Source of the DNA: Candidatus Omnitrophota bacterium
GTDB taxonomy: Bacteria; Omnitrophota; Gorgyraeia; Zapsychrales; Zapsychraceae
NCBI GenBank assembly: GCA_035292445.1
Contig: DATDQB010000002.1
Location: 14,714-78,713, forward strand
Direction of reading: 5' to 3'
Length of the DNA: 64,000 bases
In this document: one piece after another, positions 44,863 to 58,584 of the stretch
Position numbering within the stretch: position 1 is the first letter of the stretch
Layout of the letters: every line of letters starts with the position of its first letter
Translations under genes and position numbers: made by a program
The notes under the pieces: generated by a model
Database searches by the model: none
Seen by the model: only the letters and a program-made list of their open reading frames with translations
What the model was told of the DNA's origin: nothing

Positions 44863-47800
44863 ATGGCACAAATCGACCTTAAAAACAAAGATCACGTCAC
44901 GATTCAAATTGCTTCTCCCGAGACCATTCGTTCCTGGTCACACGGCGTTGTAAGAAAAGCTGAGACGTTAAATTATCGAACGCTAAAACCGGAAAAAGAT
45001 GGTTTGTTTTGCGAACGCATCTTCGGGCCGGTCAGAGACTGGGAGTGCGCCTGCGGTAAATATAAGGGAATTAAGTTTAAAGGCATGACGTGTGACCGCT
45101 GCGGGGTCACGGTCACCCGTTCTTCGGTGCGCCGCGAACGCATGGGCCATATCGAGTTGGCCTGTCCGGTCACGCATATCTGGTTTTACAAAGCCGTCCC
45201 CAGCCGTTTAGCCGCCCTCCTGCAAGTTGGCCTTCGCGATCTTGAAAAAATTATTTATTATGAAGAATACATTGTTATCGATCCCGGGAATACTCCCTTA
45301 AAACTAAGACAACTTTTGAATGAAGACGAATATCAAGAAGCTGTCGTCAAACACGGCGGCGCTTTTAAAGCCAAGATCGGTGCGGAAGCGGTCAAAGATC
45401 TTCTGAAAAACCTTGATCTCAATATTCTTTGTAAAAAACTCAGAAAAGATTTGGAAAGCGCCAGCCCGACCGGTACCAATGCTAAAAAGATCGCCAAGAC
45501 CTTAAAGATCGTTGAAGATTTCAAGGCTTCGCCGAACATGGCGGAGTGGATGATATTGGATGTTTTACCCGTTATCCCGCCCGATCTACGACCGCTCGTT
45601 CCTTTGGAAGGCGGCCGTTTTGCCACCTCAGACCTCAATGACCTTTACCGACGCGTCATCAACCGAAATAACCGTTTAAAGAAACTGATCGATCTTAATG
45701 CGCCCGAGATTATTTGCCGCAACGAAAAGCGTATGCTTCAGGAAGCGGTGGACGCTCTCTTGGATAACGGCCGTCATGGCCGGCCGGTTTTGGGTTCCGG
45801 CAATCGTCCGCTCAAATCGCTTTCCGATATGCTTAAGGGCAAGCAAGGTCGTTTTCGTATGAACCTTTTAGGTAAACGCGTGGATTATTCCGGCCGCTCT
45901 GTTATCGTTGTGGGGCCTACGTTAAAATTATACCAATGCGGTTTGCCCAAGAAGATGGCGCTTGAACTTTTCGAACCGTTCATCATCCGTAAATTGCGTG
46001 AAAAAGGTTATGTGCATACGATCAAAGGCGCCAAAAGAATGGTCGAGCGCGCTAAGATCGAGGTATGGGACATACTCGATGAGGTCATCAAAGACCATCC
46101 CATTATGCTTAACCGTGCGCCGACGCTTCACCGATTAAGCATTCAGGCGTTTTATCCTATCCTGGTTGAAGGTAAGGCGATCAAGTTGCACCCGTTGGTT
46201 TGCGCCGCTTTTAACGCAGACTTTGACGGGGATCAGATGGCGGTTCACGTGCCTTTATCATTGGAAGCGCAGATCGAATGCCGTTTGGAATTGCTGGCTA
46301 TTAATAATTTATTCTCGCCTGCCGATGGCCGACCGATTGTTACTCCTTCCCAAGACGTAGTTCTTGGGCTTTATTATTTAAGCAAAGAAGACCCGAAGAT
46401 TGCCGAAGATAGTACGGTTTTTGCCACTTCGAAAGAGGCGATGATTGCTTTTAATGATGGGTTATTGCCTTTACATAAAAGAATTAAGCTCAGACTTGAC
46501 GGTTCGGTGTGGGGAGAGGAAAAGCCCTCTTTAGTGATTCCGCAGGAAGATGCTTTAAAAGAAGGAAAATTAACTAAGAAAGAAAAGAAGGAAGGGAAGG
46601 AAGAGGACCAACAAAAGCCTGCGGTTATCGAAACAACCGTTGGGCGGGTCTTTTTCAACGATATTTTGCCAAAAGATTTTGGTTATGTGAATGAGCTGCT
46701 GGATAAAAAGAAGATCGGCGCCGTTGTTTCCGATTGCTATAAACGGTTCGGGCAGGCTAAAACGATCAAGCTGTTGGATGATTTAAAAGATCTTGGCTTC
46801 ACCCAGGCGACGTTGGCAGGCATTTCGATAAGTATCAACGATTTGACTATCCCTGAAGAGAAAAAGGTTATCCTCGAAAATTCCCATCAGGAAGTAGCTA
46901 AAGTCGACGACCAATACCGTAAAGGTATCATTACCGGCCGCGAACGCTACAACAAGATTATTGACGTCTGGACGCATACGACAGAAAAAATGTCGGATTT
47001 GGTCTTCAAGAAAATGGATCCGTTCAATCCGGTCTTTATTATGGCCGATTCCGGGGCGCGCGGCTCGCGACTTCAGATCAGGCAGTTATCCGGTATGCGC
47101 GGACTGATGGCAAAACCTTCCGGAGAAATCATTGAAAGCCCTATTACGGCCAGCTTCCGGGAAGGGTTGACGGTATTGGAATATTTTATTTCAACCCACG
47201 GTGCGCGTAAGGGGTTGGCTGATACGGCGCTAAAGACAGCTGATGCCGGGTATTTGACCCGCCGCCTTGTTGACGTGGCGCAAGAGATCGTTATCACCGA
47301 GATCGATTGCGGCACAATGAACGGCATCACGGTTGCAGCGATCGTCGAAGGGGATGAGCTTGTTGTCAGTTTAAAAGAGCGTATTATCGGGCGAGTGGCC
47401 TTGGATAGTATCGTGGATGTTGTAACGGACCAAAAAGTTGTCGAGGCTGGGGAATTGATCACGGAAGAAAAGGCTGAATTCATCGAGCATTTAGGTATTG
47501 AAAAGGTTCGTATCCGCAGCGTTTTGACCTGCGAAGCTGAGCGTGGTGCTTGTGCGAAATGTTATGGGCGCAACTTGGCTACACAACGGTTGGTGGAAAT
47601 CGGGGAGGCCGTTGGTATCATTGCCGCGCAAAGTATCGGTGAGCCCGGAACGCAGCTGACCATGAGGACCTTCCACATTGGCGGTACGGCATCAAGATCG
47701 GTCGAGCAATCATTCTACCGTGCCAAAAATACGGGTACGGTCAAATATCACCAATTGCGTGTTGTCGCTAAGGGAAAAGAATTTGTCGTTCTTAACCGCA

Positions 47801-48999
47801 ATGGCTCTATCAGCATCAATAATGAGTTTGGCCGGGAATTCGAACGTTATCAATTGCCGCAAGGTGCGATCATTAAAGTACCTGACGGAGAAAAGGTCGC
47901 TAAAGAGACTATCTTTGTGAACTGGGATCCTTATACAATCCCGATCATTACGGAAGTTAAAGGAAGTGCTAATTCAGAAGATCTTATTCCGGATGTTACG
48001 GTTCAAGAGGAGAAAAATCCGGTAACAGGGGTCACTGAGCGCGTGGTTGTCGAACACAAACAAGAATACCATCCGCAGATCATCATTACGGATGAAAAAG
48101 AAGAGATCGTTGGTATTTATTCCATTCCGACTGGAGCCCACATCCTTGTTAAAGACAATCAGCAGGTCAATGCGGGTGATCTGATCGCTAAGATCCCGCG
48201 TGGCACGGGTAAGACGCGCGATATCACAGGCGGATTGCCGCGGGTGGCGGAGCTGTTCGAAGCGCGTAAACCCAAAGACCCGGCTGTTATCAGCGAGATC
48301 GATGGGGTCGTTGAGTTTAGCGAGGATAAACGCGGGCGGCGCACGATCATCGTCAAGAGCCCTACGGGCATGAAAGTCGAATATACGATCCCGCACGGAA
48401 AACACCCCAATGTCTATAAAGGCGACCGTGTTTTTGCCGGTCAGCAATTGACGGACGGACCCGTAGTTCCTCACGACATCTTACGCGTTTGCGGGGACAA
48501 GGTTTTACAGGAATATTTATTGAATGAAGTCCAAGAGGTCTACCGTTTACAAGGCGTGCGCATTAATGACAAACATATTGAGCTGATCATCTCTCAAATG
48601 CTCAAAAAGGTCAAGATTGAAGATTCCGGTGACACCCATTTCCTTGTTGGCGAACAGATCAATCGCGCGATATTCAAGAAAGCCAACGAAGACGTCATGA
48701 AGAAAAAAGGAAAACCGGCCCAGGCAACGCCTTTGTTGTTGGGGATCACGAAGGTTTCCTTAACAACGGAGAGTTTTATTTCATCAGCGAGCTTTCAAGA
48801 AACGACTCGAGTGTTGACAGAGGCGGCTGCCTCTGGTAAAATCGACCTTCTTTCGGGGCTGAAAGAAAATGTTATTGTAGGACATTTGATCCCCGCAGGG
48901 ACCGGGTTAAAACAATACGATAATGTGGAAATAATTAAATATGCCGACGATACAGCAACTGATAAGAAAGAGCCGCTCCCGCAAGACGAAGAAGAGTAA
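44863..48999 (+). CDS. rpoC: DNA-directed RNA polymerase subunit beta'
   Basis: 1378 aa; zinc-binding CxxC...CxxC, catalytic NADFDGDQM; 3' end overlaps rpsL by 59 nt. Confidence 0.97.
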   Translation: MAQIDLKNKDHVTIQIASPETIRSWSHGVVRKAETLNYRTLKPEKDGLFCERIFGPVRDWECACGKYKGIKFKGMTCDRCGVTVTRSSVRRERMGHIELACPVTHIWFYKAVPSRLAALLQVGLRDLEKIIYYEEYIVIDPGNTPLKLRQLLNEDEYQEAVVKHGGAFKAKIGAEAVKDLLKNLDLNILCKKLRKDLESASPTGTNAKKIAKTLKIVEDFKASPNMAEWMILDVLPVIPPDLRPLVPLEGGRFATSDLNDLYRRVINRNNRLKKLIDLNAPEIICRNEKRMLQEAVDALLDNGRHGRPVLGSGNRPLKSLSDMLKGKQGRFRMNLLGKRVDYSGRSVIVVGPTLKLYQCGLPKKMALELFEPFIIRKLREKGYVHTIKGAKRMVERAKIEVWDILDEVIKDHPIMLNRAPTLHRLSIQAFYPILVEGKAIKLHPLVCAAFNADFDGDQMAVHVPLSLEAQIECRLELLAINNLFSPADGRPIVTPSQDVVLGLYYLSKEDPKIAEDSTVFATSKEAMIAFNDGLLPLHKRIKLRLDGSVWGEEKPSLVIPQEDALKEGKLTKKEKKEGKEEDQQKPAVIETTVGRVFFNDILPKDFGYVNELLDKKKIGAVVSDCYKRFGQAKTIKLLDDLKDLGFTQATLAGISISINDLTIPEEKKVILENSHQEVAKVDDQYRKGIITGRERYNKIIDVWTHTTEKMSDLVFKKMDPFNPVFIMADSGARGSRLQIRQLSGMRGLMAKPSGEIIESPITASFREGLTVLEYFISTHGARKGLADTALKTADAGYLTRRLVDVAQEIVITEIDCGTMNGITVAAIVEGDELVVSLKERIIGRVALDSIVDVVTDQKVVEAGELITEEKAEFIEHLGIEKVRIRSVLTCEAERGACAKCYGRNLATQRLVEIGEAVGIIAAQSIGEPGTQLTMRTFHIGGTASRSVEQSFYRAKNTGTVKYHQLRVVAKGKEFVVLNRNGSISINNEFGREFERYQLPQGAIIKVPDGEKVAKETIFVNWDPYTIPIITEVKGSANSEDLIPDVTVQEEKNPVTGVTERVVVEHKQEYHPQIIITDEKEEIVGIYSIPTGAHILVKDNQQVNAGDLIAKIPRGTGKTRDITGGLPRVAELFEARKPKDPAVISEIDGVVEFSEDKRGRRTIIVKSPTGMKVEYTIPHGKHPNVYKGDRVFAGQQLTDGPVVPHDILRVCGDKVLQEYLLNEVQEVYRLQGVRINDKHIELIISQMLKKVKIEDSGDTHFLVGEQINRAIFKKANEDVMKKKGKPAQATPLLLGITKVSLTTESFISSASFQETTRVLTEAAASGKIDLLSGLKENVIVGHLIPAGTGLKQYDNVEIIKYADDTATDKKEPLPQDEEE

Positions 49000-49318
49000 A
49001 TCACCCGCGCTGACAAACTGCCCGTTTCGTCGGGGGGTTTGTTTGCAGGTGAAGACCATGACGCCGAAGAAACCCAACTCGGCGCTTCGTAAGATTGCGA
49101 GAGTCCGTCTATCGAACAAATACGAAGTGACTTCGTATATTCCCGGGGAAGGCCATAATTTGCAGGAACACTCGATTGTATTGGTTCGGGGTGGTCGTGT
49201 GAAAGATTTGCCGGGCGTGCGGTATCATATCGTGCGCGGGACATTGGACACGGCGGGCGTATCTAAACGTAAGAAATCACGCTCTAAATACGGAGCTAAA
49301 AGGGATACAGGAAAATAA
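48941..49318 (+). CDS. rpsL: 30S ribosomal protein S12
   Basis: 125 aa; [10 protein letters not shown]...[13 protein letters not shown]...[10 protein letters not shown] canonical. Confidence 0.95.
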   Translation: MPTIQQLIRKSRSRKTKKSKSPALTNCPFRRGVCLQVKTMTPKKPNSALRKIARVRLSNKYEVTSYIPGEGHNLQEHSIVLVRGGRVKDLPGVRYHIVRGTLDTAGVSKRKKSRSKYGAKRDTGK

Positions 49319-49788
49319 TGCGTAGACGAAAAGCGGAAAAAAGAGAAGCTGCAGCAGATCCTAAATATAACAGCCGTTTGGTGGCTAAATTTATTAACTG
49401 TTTGATGTTTCAAGGCAAAAAGCAGGTGGCTGAAGGAATCGTTTACCGGGCCTTTACTATATTAGAGAAGAAAATACCGGAAGAGAACGCTCTTAAGATT
49501 TTTAACAAGGCCATTGATAATATTCGCCCAAGACTGGAAGTTAAAGCCAGGCGTGTTGGCGGGGCCACCTATCAGGTCCCGATCGAGGTCCCGGCCGCTC
49601 GTGGAAATTCCATCGCGATCCGATGGGTCCGTGATTTTGCCCGCAAGAAAAAGGGCCGGCCCATGCAGAATAAATTGGCGGATGAACTTTTGGCGGCCTA
49701 TAAGGGTGAAGGCGCAGCGGTAAAAAAGAGGGACGATACGCATAAGATGGCGGAATCCAATAAAGCGTTCGCCCATTTAAGGTGGTAA
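49318..49788 (+). CDS. rpsG: 30S ribosomal protein S7
   Basis: 156 aa canonical S7. Confidence 0.95.
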   Translation: MRRRKAEKREAAADPKYNSRLVAKFINCLMFQGKKQVAEGIVYRAFTILEKKIPEENALKIFNKAIDNIRPRLEVKARRVGGATYQVPIEVPAARGNSIAIRWVRDFARKKKGRPMQNKLADELLAAYKGEGAAVKKRDDTHKMAESNKAFAHLRW

Positions 49789-49791
49789 GAA

Positions 49792-51900
49792 ATGGCTAAA
49801 GGACAAGACATCCCATTAAAAGATTACAGGAATTTCGGTATCATCGCCCATATCGATGCCGGCAAGACGACGACGACCGAGCGGATTCTGTATTACACCG
49901 GTGAGATCCACAAAATGGGAAATATCGATGACGGCAACACGACGATGGACTGGATGCCTCAGGAGCAAGAGCGCGGCATTACCATTACGGCGGCGAACAC
50001 CACTTGTTTTTGGAAAGGCAAGAAGCTTAATATCATCGATACGCCCGGGCACGTGGATTTTACCATTGAAGTTGAGCGATCATTGAAAGTTTTGGACGGG
50101 GCGGTCGTTGTTTTGTGCGGCACCTCAGGCGTTCAGCCGCAAACGGAGACCGTTTGGCGTCAAGCGGAGCGATACCATGTTCCCCGCCTTGTCTTTATTA
50201 ATAAGTTGGATCGTTTGGGAGCCAGTTTTGAAAGGGTTTTGAGTCATATCGAAGATCGCTTGGGAGTCAAACCAGCGCCATTACAACTTCCGGATGGGAC
50301 GGAAGATAAATTTAAAGGTCTTTTTGATCTCATTGAGCAGAAATATCATGTTTATACGACTGACGACGGTACGGGCATCGAAGAACGTGAGATTCCACCC
50401 GAGTGGAAAGAGAAAGTAGCGAAAGCCCGTAATGTCATGATCGAAAGATTGGCTGATGCCGACGATATTATTGCCGAGAAGTTTCTGGAAGAACAAGAGA
50501 TCACGGTGGCGGATATTAAAGCAGGTATCCGGCGCGCCGTTTTGGCCAGCAAATTTCTGCCTGTTTTGACGGGGACCTCTTTAAGAAATAAAGGGGTACA
50601 GTTACTTTTGGATGCCATTGCCGAATATCTGCCGTCTCCTTTGGATGTGCCCCCGGTTAAAGGAAAAGTGCCGAGAAGCGAAGAGTTAACAACGCGCCCC
50701 CCTGATCCGAATGCGCCGTTTTCCGCTCTTGTTTTTAAGGTGGCAACGGATCCATATGTTGGCAAGTTGTTTTATACGCGTATTTATTCAGGGACTATTA
50801 AGCAAGGGGAAACAGTTTATAATTCATCCGATGATAAAAAAGAGCGCCTTTCTAAAATTGTTTTGATGCATGCCAATAAACAAGAAATCATTGATAAAGC
50901 ATCCGCCGGAGAGATTGTTGCGGTGGTCGGTCTTAAGGAAACAAAATCAGGTCAGACTCTTTGCGCTTACGATCAGCCGATTCTTATTGAAAGTATGCGC
51001 ATACCGGAGCCGGTTGTATCGATGTCGCTTGAGCCGAAGTCGAAGGCAGATTCTGATAAATTAGGCTTAACGATTCGAAAATTTTTGGATGAAGACCCCT
51101 CACTTCGGGTTTTTTATGACCAGGAAACGGGCCAAACGATCATCTCAGGGATGGGGGAATTGCATTTGGAAATCGTTATTGACCGTATGAAACGAGAATT
51201 TAATCTGGACGCAAACGTTGGCCGGCCGGAGGTAGCCTATAAAGAAACCATCACGCAGCCCGTTAAGGATGTGGAAGGAAAATTCATTTCACAGACCGGG
51301 GGCCGGGGTCAATACGGCCATGTGGTGATTAATGTTGAGCCGGCTGAAAAAAGAGGGGCGGGGATTGAGTTTATCAATAAGATAAAAGGCGGGGCCATTC
51401 CAAGGGAATTCTTCAACCCGATCGAAAAAGGGGTCCGTGAGGGCGCCTTGAACGGCGTTTTAGCCGGTTACCCATCCACTGATTTTAAAGTAACGCTTTT
51501 TGACGGCTCTTTTCACGAAGTTGATTCGAGCGAAATGGCGTTCCAATTAGCCGCCAGGGCAGCACTTAAAGAAGCCTTGCGTCGGGGAAAACCTGTTCTG
51601 CTGGAGCCCATTATGGATGTGGAAATAGTTTGTCCTGAGGAATTCATGGGGTCTGTCATGGGCGATATTAATACAAGACGGGCAAAGATCGTTCATATGG
51701 GGAATCAGGGGATCCTTAAAACCACCCGCTGTGAGGTCCCGTTGGCGGAAATGTTCAATTACGCCAATGCGGTTCGCTCTCTTTCACAAGGCCGCGCATC
51801 ATTCACGATGGAGCCGGCATTTTACGATATTGTTCCTCAATATGTCGCCGATAAAGTTATAGGCGAGCGGGAACAAACGTTAGGTAATAAAAGACGTTAA
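49792..51900 (+). CDS. fusA: elongation factor G
   Basis: 702 aa; G1 [17 protein letters not shown]. Confidence 0.95.
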   Translation: MAKGQDIPLKDYRNFGIIAHIDAGKTTTTERILYYTGEIHKMGNIDDGNTTMDWMPQEQERGITITAANTTCFWKGKKLNIIDTPGHVDFTIEVERSLKVLDGAVVVLCGTSGVQPQTETVWRQAERYHVPRLVFINKLDRLGASFERVLSHIEDRLGVKPAPLQLPDGTEDKFKGLFDLIEQKYHVYTTDDGTGIEEREIPPEWKEKVAKARNVMIERLADADDIIAEKFLEEQEITVADIKAGIRRAVLASKFLPVLTGTSLRNKGVQLLLDAIAEYLPSPLDVPPVKGKVPRSEELTTRPPDPNAPFSALVFKVATDPYVGKLFYTRIYSGTIKQGETVYNSSDDKKERLSKIVLMHANKQEIIDKASAGEIVAVVGLKETKSGQTLCAYDQPILIESMRIPEPVVSMSLEPKSKADSDKLGLTIRKFLDEDPSLRVFYDQETGQTIISGMGELHLEIVIDRMKREFNLDANVGRPEVAYKETITQPVKDVEGKFISQTGGRGQYGHVVINVEPAEKRGAGIEFINKIKGGAIPREFFNPIEKGVREGALNGVLAGYPSTDFKVTLFDGSFHEVDSSEMAFQLAARAALKEALRRGKPVLLEPIMDVEIVCPEEFMGSVMGDINTRRAKIVHMGNQGILKTTRCEVPLAEMFNYANAVRSLSQGRASFTMEPAFYDIVPQYVADKVIGEREQTLGNKRR

Positions 51901-51946
51901 GGATTGAAACTATTAAATTTGAATAGAAAAAAAACGGAGGAATAAA

Positions 51947-53140
<1,194 letters not shown>

Positions 53141-53145
53141 GCGAA

Positions 53146-53181
53146 CATGAAATCCTCTGGAAATCTCCAAAGGATTTCATG
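53146..53181 (+). promoter_or_regulatory. stem-loop between tuf and rpsJ (possible attenuator or processing site)
   Basis: CATGAAATCCT-13 nt-AGGATTTCATG, no U-tract; overlaps the upstream ATG (53179) that the ORF track uses for rpsJ. Confidence 0.35.
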
Positions 53182-53196
53182 GCGCAGGATAAACAT

Positions 53197-53499
53197 ATGC
53201 AGAAAATACGCATCAAACTAAAAGCATTCGATCATCGGTTGATCGACCAGTCCGCTCAGGAAATCGTCGATACGGCTATCCGCACGGGGGCGAAAGTCTC
53301 CGGCCCGGTACCGCTGCCGACGAAGAAAGAGCTGTATACGGTCTTACGTTCACCGGTGATTGATAAAAAATCCCGCGAGCAATTCAGTTTGGCGACACAT
53401 AAACGGCTTATCGATTTGGTGGACCCGACCGCTAAGACCGTGGAAGCGCTGCGCAAACTCAATCTGCCGGCGGGAGTCGATGTTGAAATCAAGCAATAA
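53197..53499 (+). CDS. rpsJ: 30S ribosomal protein S10
   Basis: 100 aa from ATG 53197 ([19 protein letters not shown] canonical S10 start); ORF track starts 6 codons earlier inside the hairpin. Confidence 0.9.
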   Translation: MQKIRIKLKAFDHRLIDQSAQEIVDTAIRTGAKVSGPVPLPTKKELYTVLRSPVIDKKSREQFSLATHKRLIDLVDPTAKTVEALRKLNLPAGVDVEIKQ

Positions 53500-53508
53500 G
53501 GTGCAAAG

Positions 53509-54228
53509 ATGATTCGAGGTTTGTTGGGAAAAAAACTGGGCATGACTCAAATTTTCGACAAGGATGGAAATGTCATTCCTGTAACGCTTGTCGAGGCGGG
53601 CCCCTGCACTGTTTTGGAGCTTAAGGATAATCCACTGAAGGTTAAAGTGGGGTTTGATAAAATTAAAGAATCCCGTACAAATAAACCCCGGTTAGGTTAT
53701 TTTAAGAAATTAAACGTAAGCCCCATGCGCATTATTAAAGAATTTTCGTCGACGGATAATAAGAATTATCAAGTTGGAGGGGAAATTAAGGTTGAAGTGT
53801 TCCGCCCCGGAGATTATGTTGATGTGGCCGGCACTTCGATCGGAAAAGGATTCCAAGGCGGTATGAAACGCCATGGGTGGCACGGTGGCGGAAGCTCGCA
53901 TGGTTCCATGCACCATCGTCGCGTTGGCTCCATCAGTTCAAGTACGACCCCGGGCCGAGTTATTAAAGGTAGGACCATGCCTGGGCATATGGGGAGCGAA
54001 ACGGTAACGGCGCAAAGTTTGAGGGTGATACTTGTTGATAGCGAAAAAAATCTTTTGGCCGTTAAAGGAGCTGTCCCGGGCTGTAAAAATAGTTTTGTCA
54101 CGATTAATTTGTCAGTGAAGAAGAAATTCAAAGCATTGGACGAGAAAAAGGCCGTTATACAGCATAAGGTCAATCCGATGAAGCAAAGCAAGGCCAAAGC
54201 CGGCGGAAAAGGCGCTGCTAAGAAATAA
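53509..54228 (+). CDS. rplC: 50S ribosomal protein L3
   Basis: 239 aa canonical L3 with Lys/Ala-rich C-terminal tail. Confidence 0.95.
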   Translation: MIRGLLGKKLGMTQIFDKDGNVIPVTLVEAGPCTVLELKDNPLKVKVGFDKIKESRTNKPRLGYFKKLNVSPMRIIKEFSSTDNKNYQVGGEIKVEVFRPGDYVDVAGTSIGKGFQGGMKRHGWHGGGSSHGSMHHRRVGSISSSTTPGRVIKGRTMPGHMGSETVTAQSLRVILVDSEKNLLAVKGAVPGCKNSFVTINLSVKKKFKALDEKKAVIQHKVNPMKQSKAKAGGKGAAKK

Positions 54229-54229
54229 T

Positions 54230-54853
54230 ATGGCTAAACTAGCGATATTTAATAGAGAAGGCAAAGAAAAAGGCTCGATAGAGATCCCGGATGAGATCTT
54301 CACGGCTCCGGTCAATACGGATGTCATTCATCAGGCGATGGTCGCGTATCAGGCCTGCCAACGCCAGGGAACCGCCGACTGCAAAACCCGTAAAGATGTT
54401 TCTGGTGGTGGGATCAAGCCTTGGCGTCAAAAAGGAACGGGCCGGGCCCGACACGGCTCGATACGCTCCCCGCTTTGGCGCGGAGGCGGCGTGACATTCG
54501 GCCCAATACCGAGAGATTTTAGTTTCACTGTTCCCAAACGCGTGAAGTGGGCGGCGCTGCGGGAGAGCCTGAACGCGAAGTTTCAAGCCAATAACTGGAT
54601 GTGCGTCGATGATATTAAAGAGCCTTTAACCAAAACAAAAGAATTTGCTTCTATTTTAAATGCCTTAAAATTGAAAGGCAGCGTATTGGCCTTATTGGAT
54701 GGTTGTGATACCAGCATTGAACGCGTTTCCAGAAACGTCGGTTCTTTTCGCTTAGTGCGCGCCCAAGATGTCAACGCCTACGACATTTTATGTTCTAAAA
54801 ACGTCTTGGCCAGTAAGACAGCCGTTGGGCATTTATTGGAGAGGATTAAATAA
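54230..54853 (+). CDS. rplD: 50S ribosomal protein L4
   Basis: 207 aa. Confidence 0.95.
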   Translation: MAKLAIFNREGKEKGSIEIPDEIFTAPVNTDVIHQAMVAYQACQRQGTADCKTRKDVSGGGIKPWRQKGTGRARHGSIRSPLWRGGGVTFGPIPRDFSFTVPKRVKWAALRESLNAKFQANNWMCVDDIKEPLTKTKEFASILNALKLKGSVLALLDGCDTSIERVSRNVGSFRLVRAQDVNAYDILCSKNVLASKTAVGHLLERIK

Positions 54854-55131
54854 TGAAGACCGCTTACGATGTGATCAAAACTTTGGTACGGACGGAAAAA
54901 GGAACTCGGCTTGAGCCGCAGCGAAAGTATTTGTTTCAAGTCGCCTCAGGCACCAACAAGATTGAAATAAAGAGAGCTATTGAAGAGCTTTACAAAGTCA
55001 AAGTCCAAGATGTCAATACATCAATCGTCCGTGGAAAATTAAAGACCGTTCGGCGGGAGATCGGAAAGACGGCCGATTGGAAAAAGGCCGTTGTGACCTT
55101 AAAAGAAGGCCAGAAGATAGAGGTAACATAA
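54853..55131 (+). CDS. rplW: 50S ribosomal protein L23
   Basis: 92 aa. Confidence 0.9.
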   Translation: MKTAYDVIKTLVRTEKGTRLEPQRKYLFQVASGTNKIEIKRAIEELYKVKVQDVNTSIVRGKLKTVRREIGKTADWKKAVVTLKEGQKIEVT

Positions 55132-55132
55132 C

Positions 55133-55978
55133 GTGGGCATAAGGAAATTTAAACCGACAACAAGCTCTTTACGATTCACGGCCATATCGGATTTTGCCGA
55201 GCTCACCAAGCACAAACCGGAGAAGTCACTGCTTCGTCCCTTAAAGAGTTCCGGCGGGCGTAACAGCTATGGGCGCATTACCGTTCGTCATCGCGGCGGC
55301 GGGCATAAGCGCATGTACCGCATCATCGATTTCAAGCGCGATCGTTTTGACGTGGAAGCGCAAGTCATCGCTATTGAATATGACCCTAATCGAACGGCGC
55401 GGATCGCCTTGCTCCAATATCCTGACGGCCAAAAGACATATATCCTGGCCCCGTTGGAATTGAATGTCGGCGATAAGATTGTCAGCACGAAGGATCAGGA
55501 TGTTGAAATTAAGCCCGGAAATTGTATGCCGCTTAGTAAAATTCCTTTGGGAACGGCCGTTCATAATATTGAAATGAAGCCGGGTAAGGGCGGTCAGATT
55601 TGCCGTTCAGCCGGTACGGCGGCGCAGATCATGGCCAAAGAAGGGGAGTATGCGTTTATCCGTATGCCTTCCAGCGAAGTAAGAAAAATTCAGATTGTCT
55701 GCCGGGCCACCATCGGCCAGATCGGCAATGTTGAACATGAATCGCGCTCTTTGGGCAAGGCAGGACGTTTCCGATGGAAAGGACGACGTAGCGGCACGCG
55801 GGGCGTTGTCATGAATCCGGTGGATCACCCTCATGGCGGCGGTGAAGGTAAAGCCCCCCAAGGTAATCCTCATCCGGTGACGCCATGGGGTAAGCCGACC
55901 AAAGGATATAAGACGCGCAATAAACAGAAATATTCCAACAGGTTCATTATTGACCGGCGAAAGAAAGGTGTACGCTAA
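55133..55978 (+). CDS. rplB: 50S ribosomal protein L2
   Basis: 281 aa, GTG start; [15 protein letters not shown] canonical. Confidence 0.95.
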   Translation: MGIRKFKPTTSSLRFTAISDFAELTKHKPEKSLLRPLKSSGGRNSYGRITVRHRGGGHKRMYRIIDFKRDRFDVEAQVIAIEYDPNRTARIALLQYPDGQKTYILAPLELNVGDKIVSTKDQDVEIKPGNCMPLSKIPLGTAVHNIEMKPGKGGQICRSAGTAAQIMAKEGEYAFIRMPSSEVRKIQIVCRATIGQIGNVEHESRSLGKAGRFRWKGRRSGTRGVVMNPVDHPHGGGEGKAPQGNPHPVTPWGKPTKGYKTRNKQKYSNRFIIDRRKKGVR

Positions 55979-56265
55979 TGCCACGATCGCTTAAAAAGGG
56001 AGCTTATGTTGAGCCTTCTTTAACAAAACAATTGGAGCGGTCTCTTAAGTCCAACAGGAGAGAGCCGATTAAAACTTGGTCGCGGCGTTCCACCGTTACA
56101 CCCGAGTTTGTCGGATATACGGTTGCCGTACATGACGGACGCAAACACGTTCCTATTTTTATTACGGAAAACATGGTGGGGTATAAATTCGGTGAATTCG
56201 CCCCGACGCGGACATTTAAGAAGCACGGTGGTGTAAAAGCCAAGAAATCTGCGGAGTTGACATAA
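55978..56265 (+). CDS. rpsS: 30S ribosomal protein S19
   Basis: 95 aa; [15 protein letters not shown] canonical. Confidence 0.95.
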   Translation: MPRSLKKGAYVEPSLTKQLERSLKSNRREPIKTWSRRSTVTPEFVGYTVAVHDGRKHVPIFITENMVGYKFGEFAPTRTFKKHGGVKAKKSAELT

Positions 56266-56269
56266 AGCC

Positions 56270-56605
56270 ATGATTGCCAAAGCCAAAGCCAAATTTGTGA
56301 GAGGTACCCCTACCAAGGTCAGACAAGTCATTGATCTGATCCGGGGAAAGAATATACCGGCTTCCCAGGCGATCCTGACGCATGTGAACAAAGGATCGAC
56401 CAAATGGATTCGAAAGGTTTTGGACTCGGCCGTTGCCAACGCGAAGCAAAAAGGGCTGATGGAAGACCAGCTGTATATTTCCAAGATCACCGCCGATCAG
56501 GGGCCTATGATGAAACGATGGCGAGCGGCTGCCTTCGGGCGGGCGACGCCTCTTTTAAAAAGAACGACGCATTTAACCATTGAACTGGATTTAATTACAA
56601 AGTAA
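56270..56605 (+). CDS. rplV: 50S ribosomal protein L22
   Basis: 111 aa. Confidence 0.9.
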   Translation: MIAKAKAKFVRGTPTKVRQVIDLIRGKNIPASQAILTHVNKGSTKWIRKVLDSAVANAKQKGLMEDQLYISKITADQGPMMKRWRAAAFGRATPLLKRTTHLTIELDLITK

Positions 56606-56617
56606 GGAGCAATTCAA

Positions 56618-57310
56618 GTGGGACAAAAGGTAAGCCCAGAATTATTAAGACTCGGATTTATCAAGAATTGGCGCAGCGTTTGGTACGCGGATAAAGCTCA
56701 GTTCGCCAAGAATGTTATTGAGGATCAGAAAATTCGTTTGTTTATTAAGAAGAAATATGTTCAAGCGGCCGTATCAAAGGTGGAAATCGAGCGGCTGGCC
56801 GAAAAAATCAAGATCATTATTCATACGGCGCGTCCGGGGGTTATTATTGGCCGGCGCGGGGCGGATATTGACAAGTTGCGGGCTGAATTAGGGCAATTCT
56901 CTGATAAAGAGATTTCCATTGATCCGCGCGAAGTAAAAAACCCCGCCGCCGATGCCCAGTTGATTGCCCAGAATATCGCGTTTCAAATGGAGAAACGGGT
57001 CGCTTTTCGAAGGGCGATGAAGAGGGCTATGGATAACGCCTTATCGGCCGGGGTCCTAGGGATCAAAATCAGGTGTTCAGGGCGTCTTAACGGTGCTGAA
57101 ATGGCTCGGGCGGAAAGTTATAAATTGGGAAAACTTCCTTTGCAGACATTGCGTGCGCAAATTGATTATGGTTTCGCCGAATCGCTCACCACGTACGGGT
57201 TATTGGGCGTTAAGGTTTGGGTCAATAAGGGCGAGGTTATTAAGGAAAAAAAGAGGCAGAATATGATCAGCCCCACGGAGAAATCAAAAGGGATAGCAGG
57301 AGAAAAATAA
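56618..57310 (+). CDS. rpsC: 30S ribosomal protein S3
   Basis: 230 aa, GTG start; MGQKVSPELLRLG canonical. Confidence 0.95.
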   Translation: MGQKVSPELLRLGFIKNWRSVWYADKAQFAKNVIEDQKIRLFIKKKYVQAAVSKVEIERLAEKIKIIIHTARPGVIIGRRGADIDKLRAELGQFSDKEISIDPREVKNPAADAQLIAQNIAFQMEKRVAFRRAMKRAMDNALSAGVLGIKIRCSGRLNGAEMARAESYKLGKLPLQTLRAQIDYGFAESLTTYGLLGVKVWVNKGEVIKEKKRQNMISPTEKSKGIAGEK

Positions 57311-57311
57311 G

Positions 57312-57731
57312 ATGCTCACCATGCCGCGAAAAGTTAAGTACCGTAAGTCCCAAAAAGGGAAGACCCGTGGCATCGCTACCCGGGGGGATAGAATTCATTA
57401 CGGCGATTATGCGCTGAAATCTTTGGAGAACGGTATTGTTCGTGGTAACCATATGGAGGCCTGCCGCGTTGTGGTGGCCCGTAAGATGAAGGGTGCAGGG
57501 AAATTATGGGTGAATATGTTCCCCTGGAAACCTGTCACCAAGAAACCGGCGGAAACACGTATGGGAAAAGGAAAAGGCGAGCTGGATCACTGGGTGTGCC
57601 CGATCAGACGGGGTAAGGTTTTGTTTGAGTTGAGCGGCGTGCCGGAGAGTTTCGCCAAGGAAGTCTTGCGTTTGGTGGCGTTTAAATTACCGGTACGGAC
57701 AAAATTTATCACACGGGCCGGAGGGCTTTAA
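57312..57731 (+). CDS. rplP: 50S ribosomal protein L16
   Basis: 139 aa. Confidence 0.95.
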   Translation: MLTMPRKVKYRKSQKGKTRGIATRGDRIHYGDYALKSLENGIVRGNHMEACRVVVARKMKGAGKLWVNMFPWKPVTKKPAETRMGKGKGELDHWVCPIRRGKVLFELSGVPESFAKEVLRLVAFKLPVRTKFITRAGGL

Positions 57732-57735
57732 TTCC

Positions 57736-57954
57736 ATGAAATTAAAAGAATTACGAGAGCTTAGTTTAGAAGAATTAGCCCAGAAAGAAAAAGATTTTAA
57801 GAAGGAATTGTTTGACCTTAATTATCAGCGGAAGATGGGGCGCGTTGAGAAACCGTCCCGTTTTCATGTGCTTAGACGCGGCGTCGCCCGCATATTGACG
57901 ATTTTAAAAGAAAGAGAAATGGAAGATGAGCGAAGAAACGCAAATAAAAAATAA
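57736..57954 (+). CDS. rpmC: 50S ribosomal protein L29
   Basis: 72 aa. Confidence 0.85.
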   Translation: MKLKELRELSLEELAQKEKDFKKELFDLNYQRKMGRVEKPSRFHVLRRGVARILTILKEREMEDERRNANKK

Positions 57955-58219
57955 GCAGGGCAGACGACGTTTTTTGGACGGCGTTGTTTTAAGCGATAAA
58001 ATGAATAAGACCCGTGTTGTGCAGGTGCGCTGGCGGACGAAGCATGCGCAGTATCTAAAAGTCATTTTAAAGACCAATAAATATAAAGCCCACGATGAAA
58101 AGAATGAATCGAAGACAGGGGATTTTGTCCGGATGATGGAGACAAGGCCCTTATCCAAAGATAAACGCTGGGTGATCAAAGAAATTTTAAAGAAAGCAGC
58201 GGAGATCGTCGCCAAATGA
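57926..58219 (+). CDS. rpsQ: 30S ribosomal protein S17
   Basis: 97 aa; [16 protein letters not shown] canonical; overlaps rpmC by 29 nt. Confidence 0.9.
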   Translation: MSEETQIKNKQGRRRFLDGVVLSDKMNKTRVVQVRWRTKHAQYLKVILKTNKYKAHDEKNESKTGDFVRMMETRPLSKDKRWVIKEILKKAAEIVAK

Positions 58220-58584
58220 TATTCTTAAAGACCGTCATGGATGTGGCCGACAATACGGGGGCGCGTAAAGCCTCGATGATCGGCGTTCTAAACAGCAAAG
58301 GGCGGCGCTGCGCTCATGTGGGGGATGTTGTCCGCGTTAATATTAAAGAATCATCGCCTGATGCGGCTGTTAAAAAAGGTGAAAAAGCCAAAGGCATCGT
58401 GGTGCGGACCAAGGCTCCCATTCGTCGTTCAGACGGAACTTATATCCGATTCGACACAAACGCCATTGTTATTATTGATGAAGCCGGCAATCCCAGGGGA
58501 ACCCGTGTATTTGGGCCCGTGGCCCGTGAATTAAGAAATATGGAATATATGAAAATCGTTTCCTTAGCGCCTGAGGTCGTCTAA
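58216..58584 (+). CDS. rplN: 50S ribosomal protein L14
   Basis: 122 aa; [17 protein letters not shown] canonical. Confidence 0.95.
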   Translation: MIFLKTVMDVADNTGARKASMIGVLNSKGRRCAHVGDVVRVNIKESSPDAAVKKGEKAKGIVVRTKAPIRRSDGTYIRFDTNAIVIIDEAGNPRGTRVFGPVARELRNMEYMKIVSLAPEVV

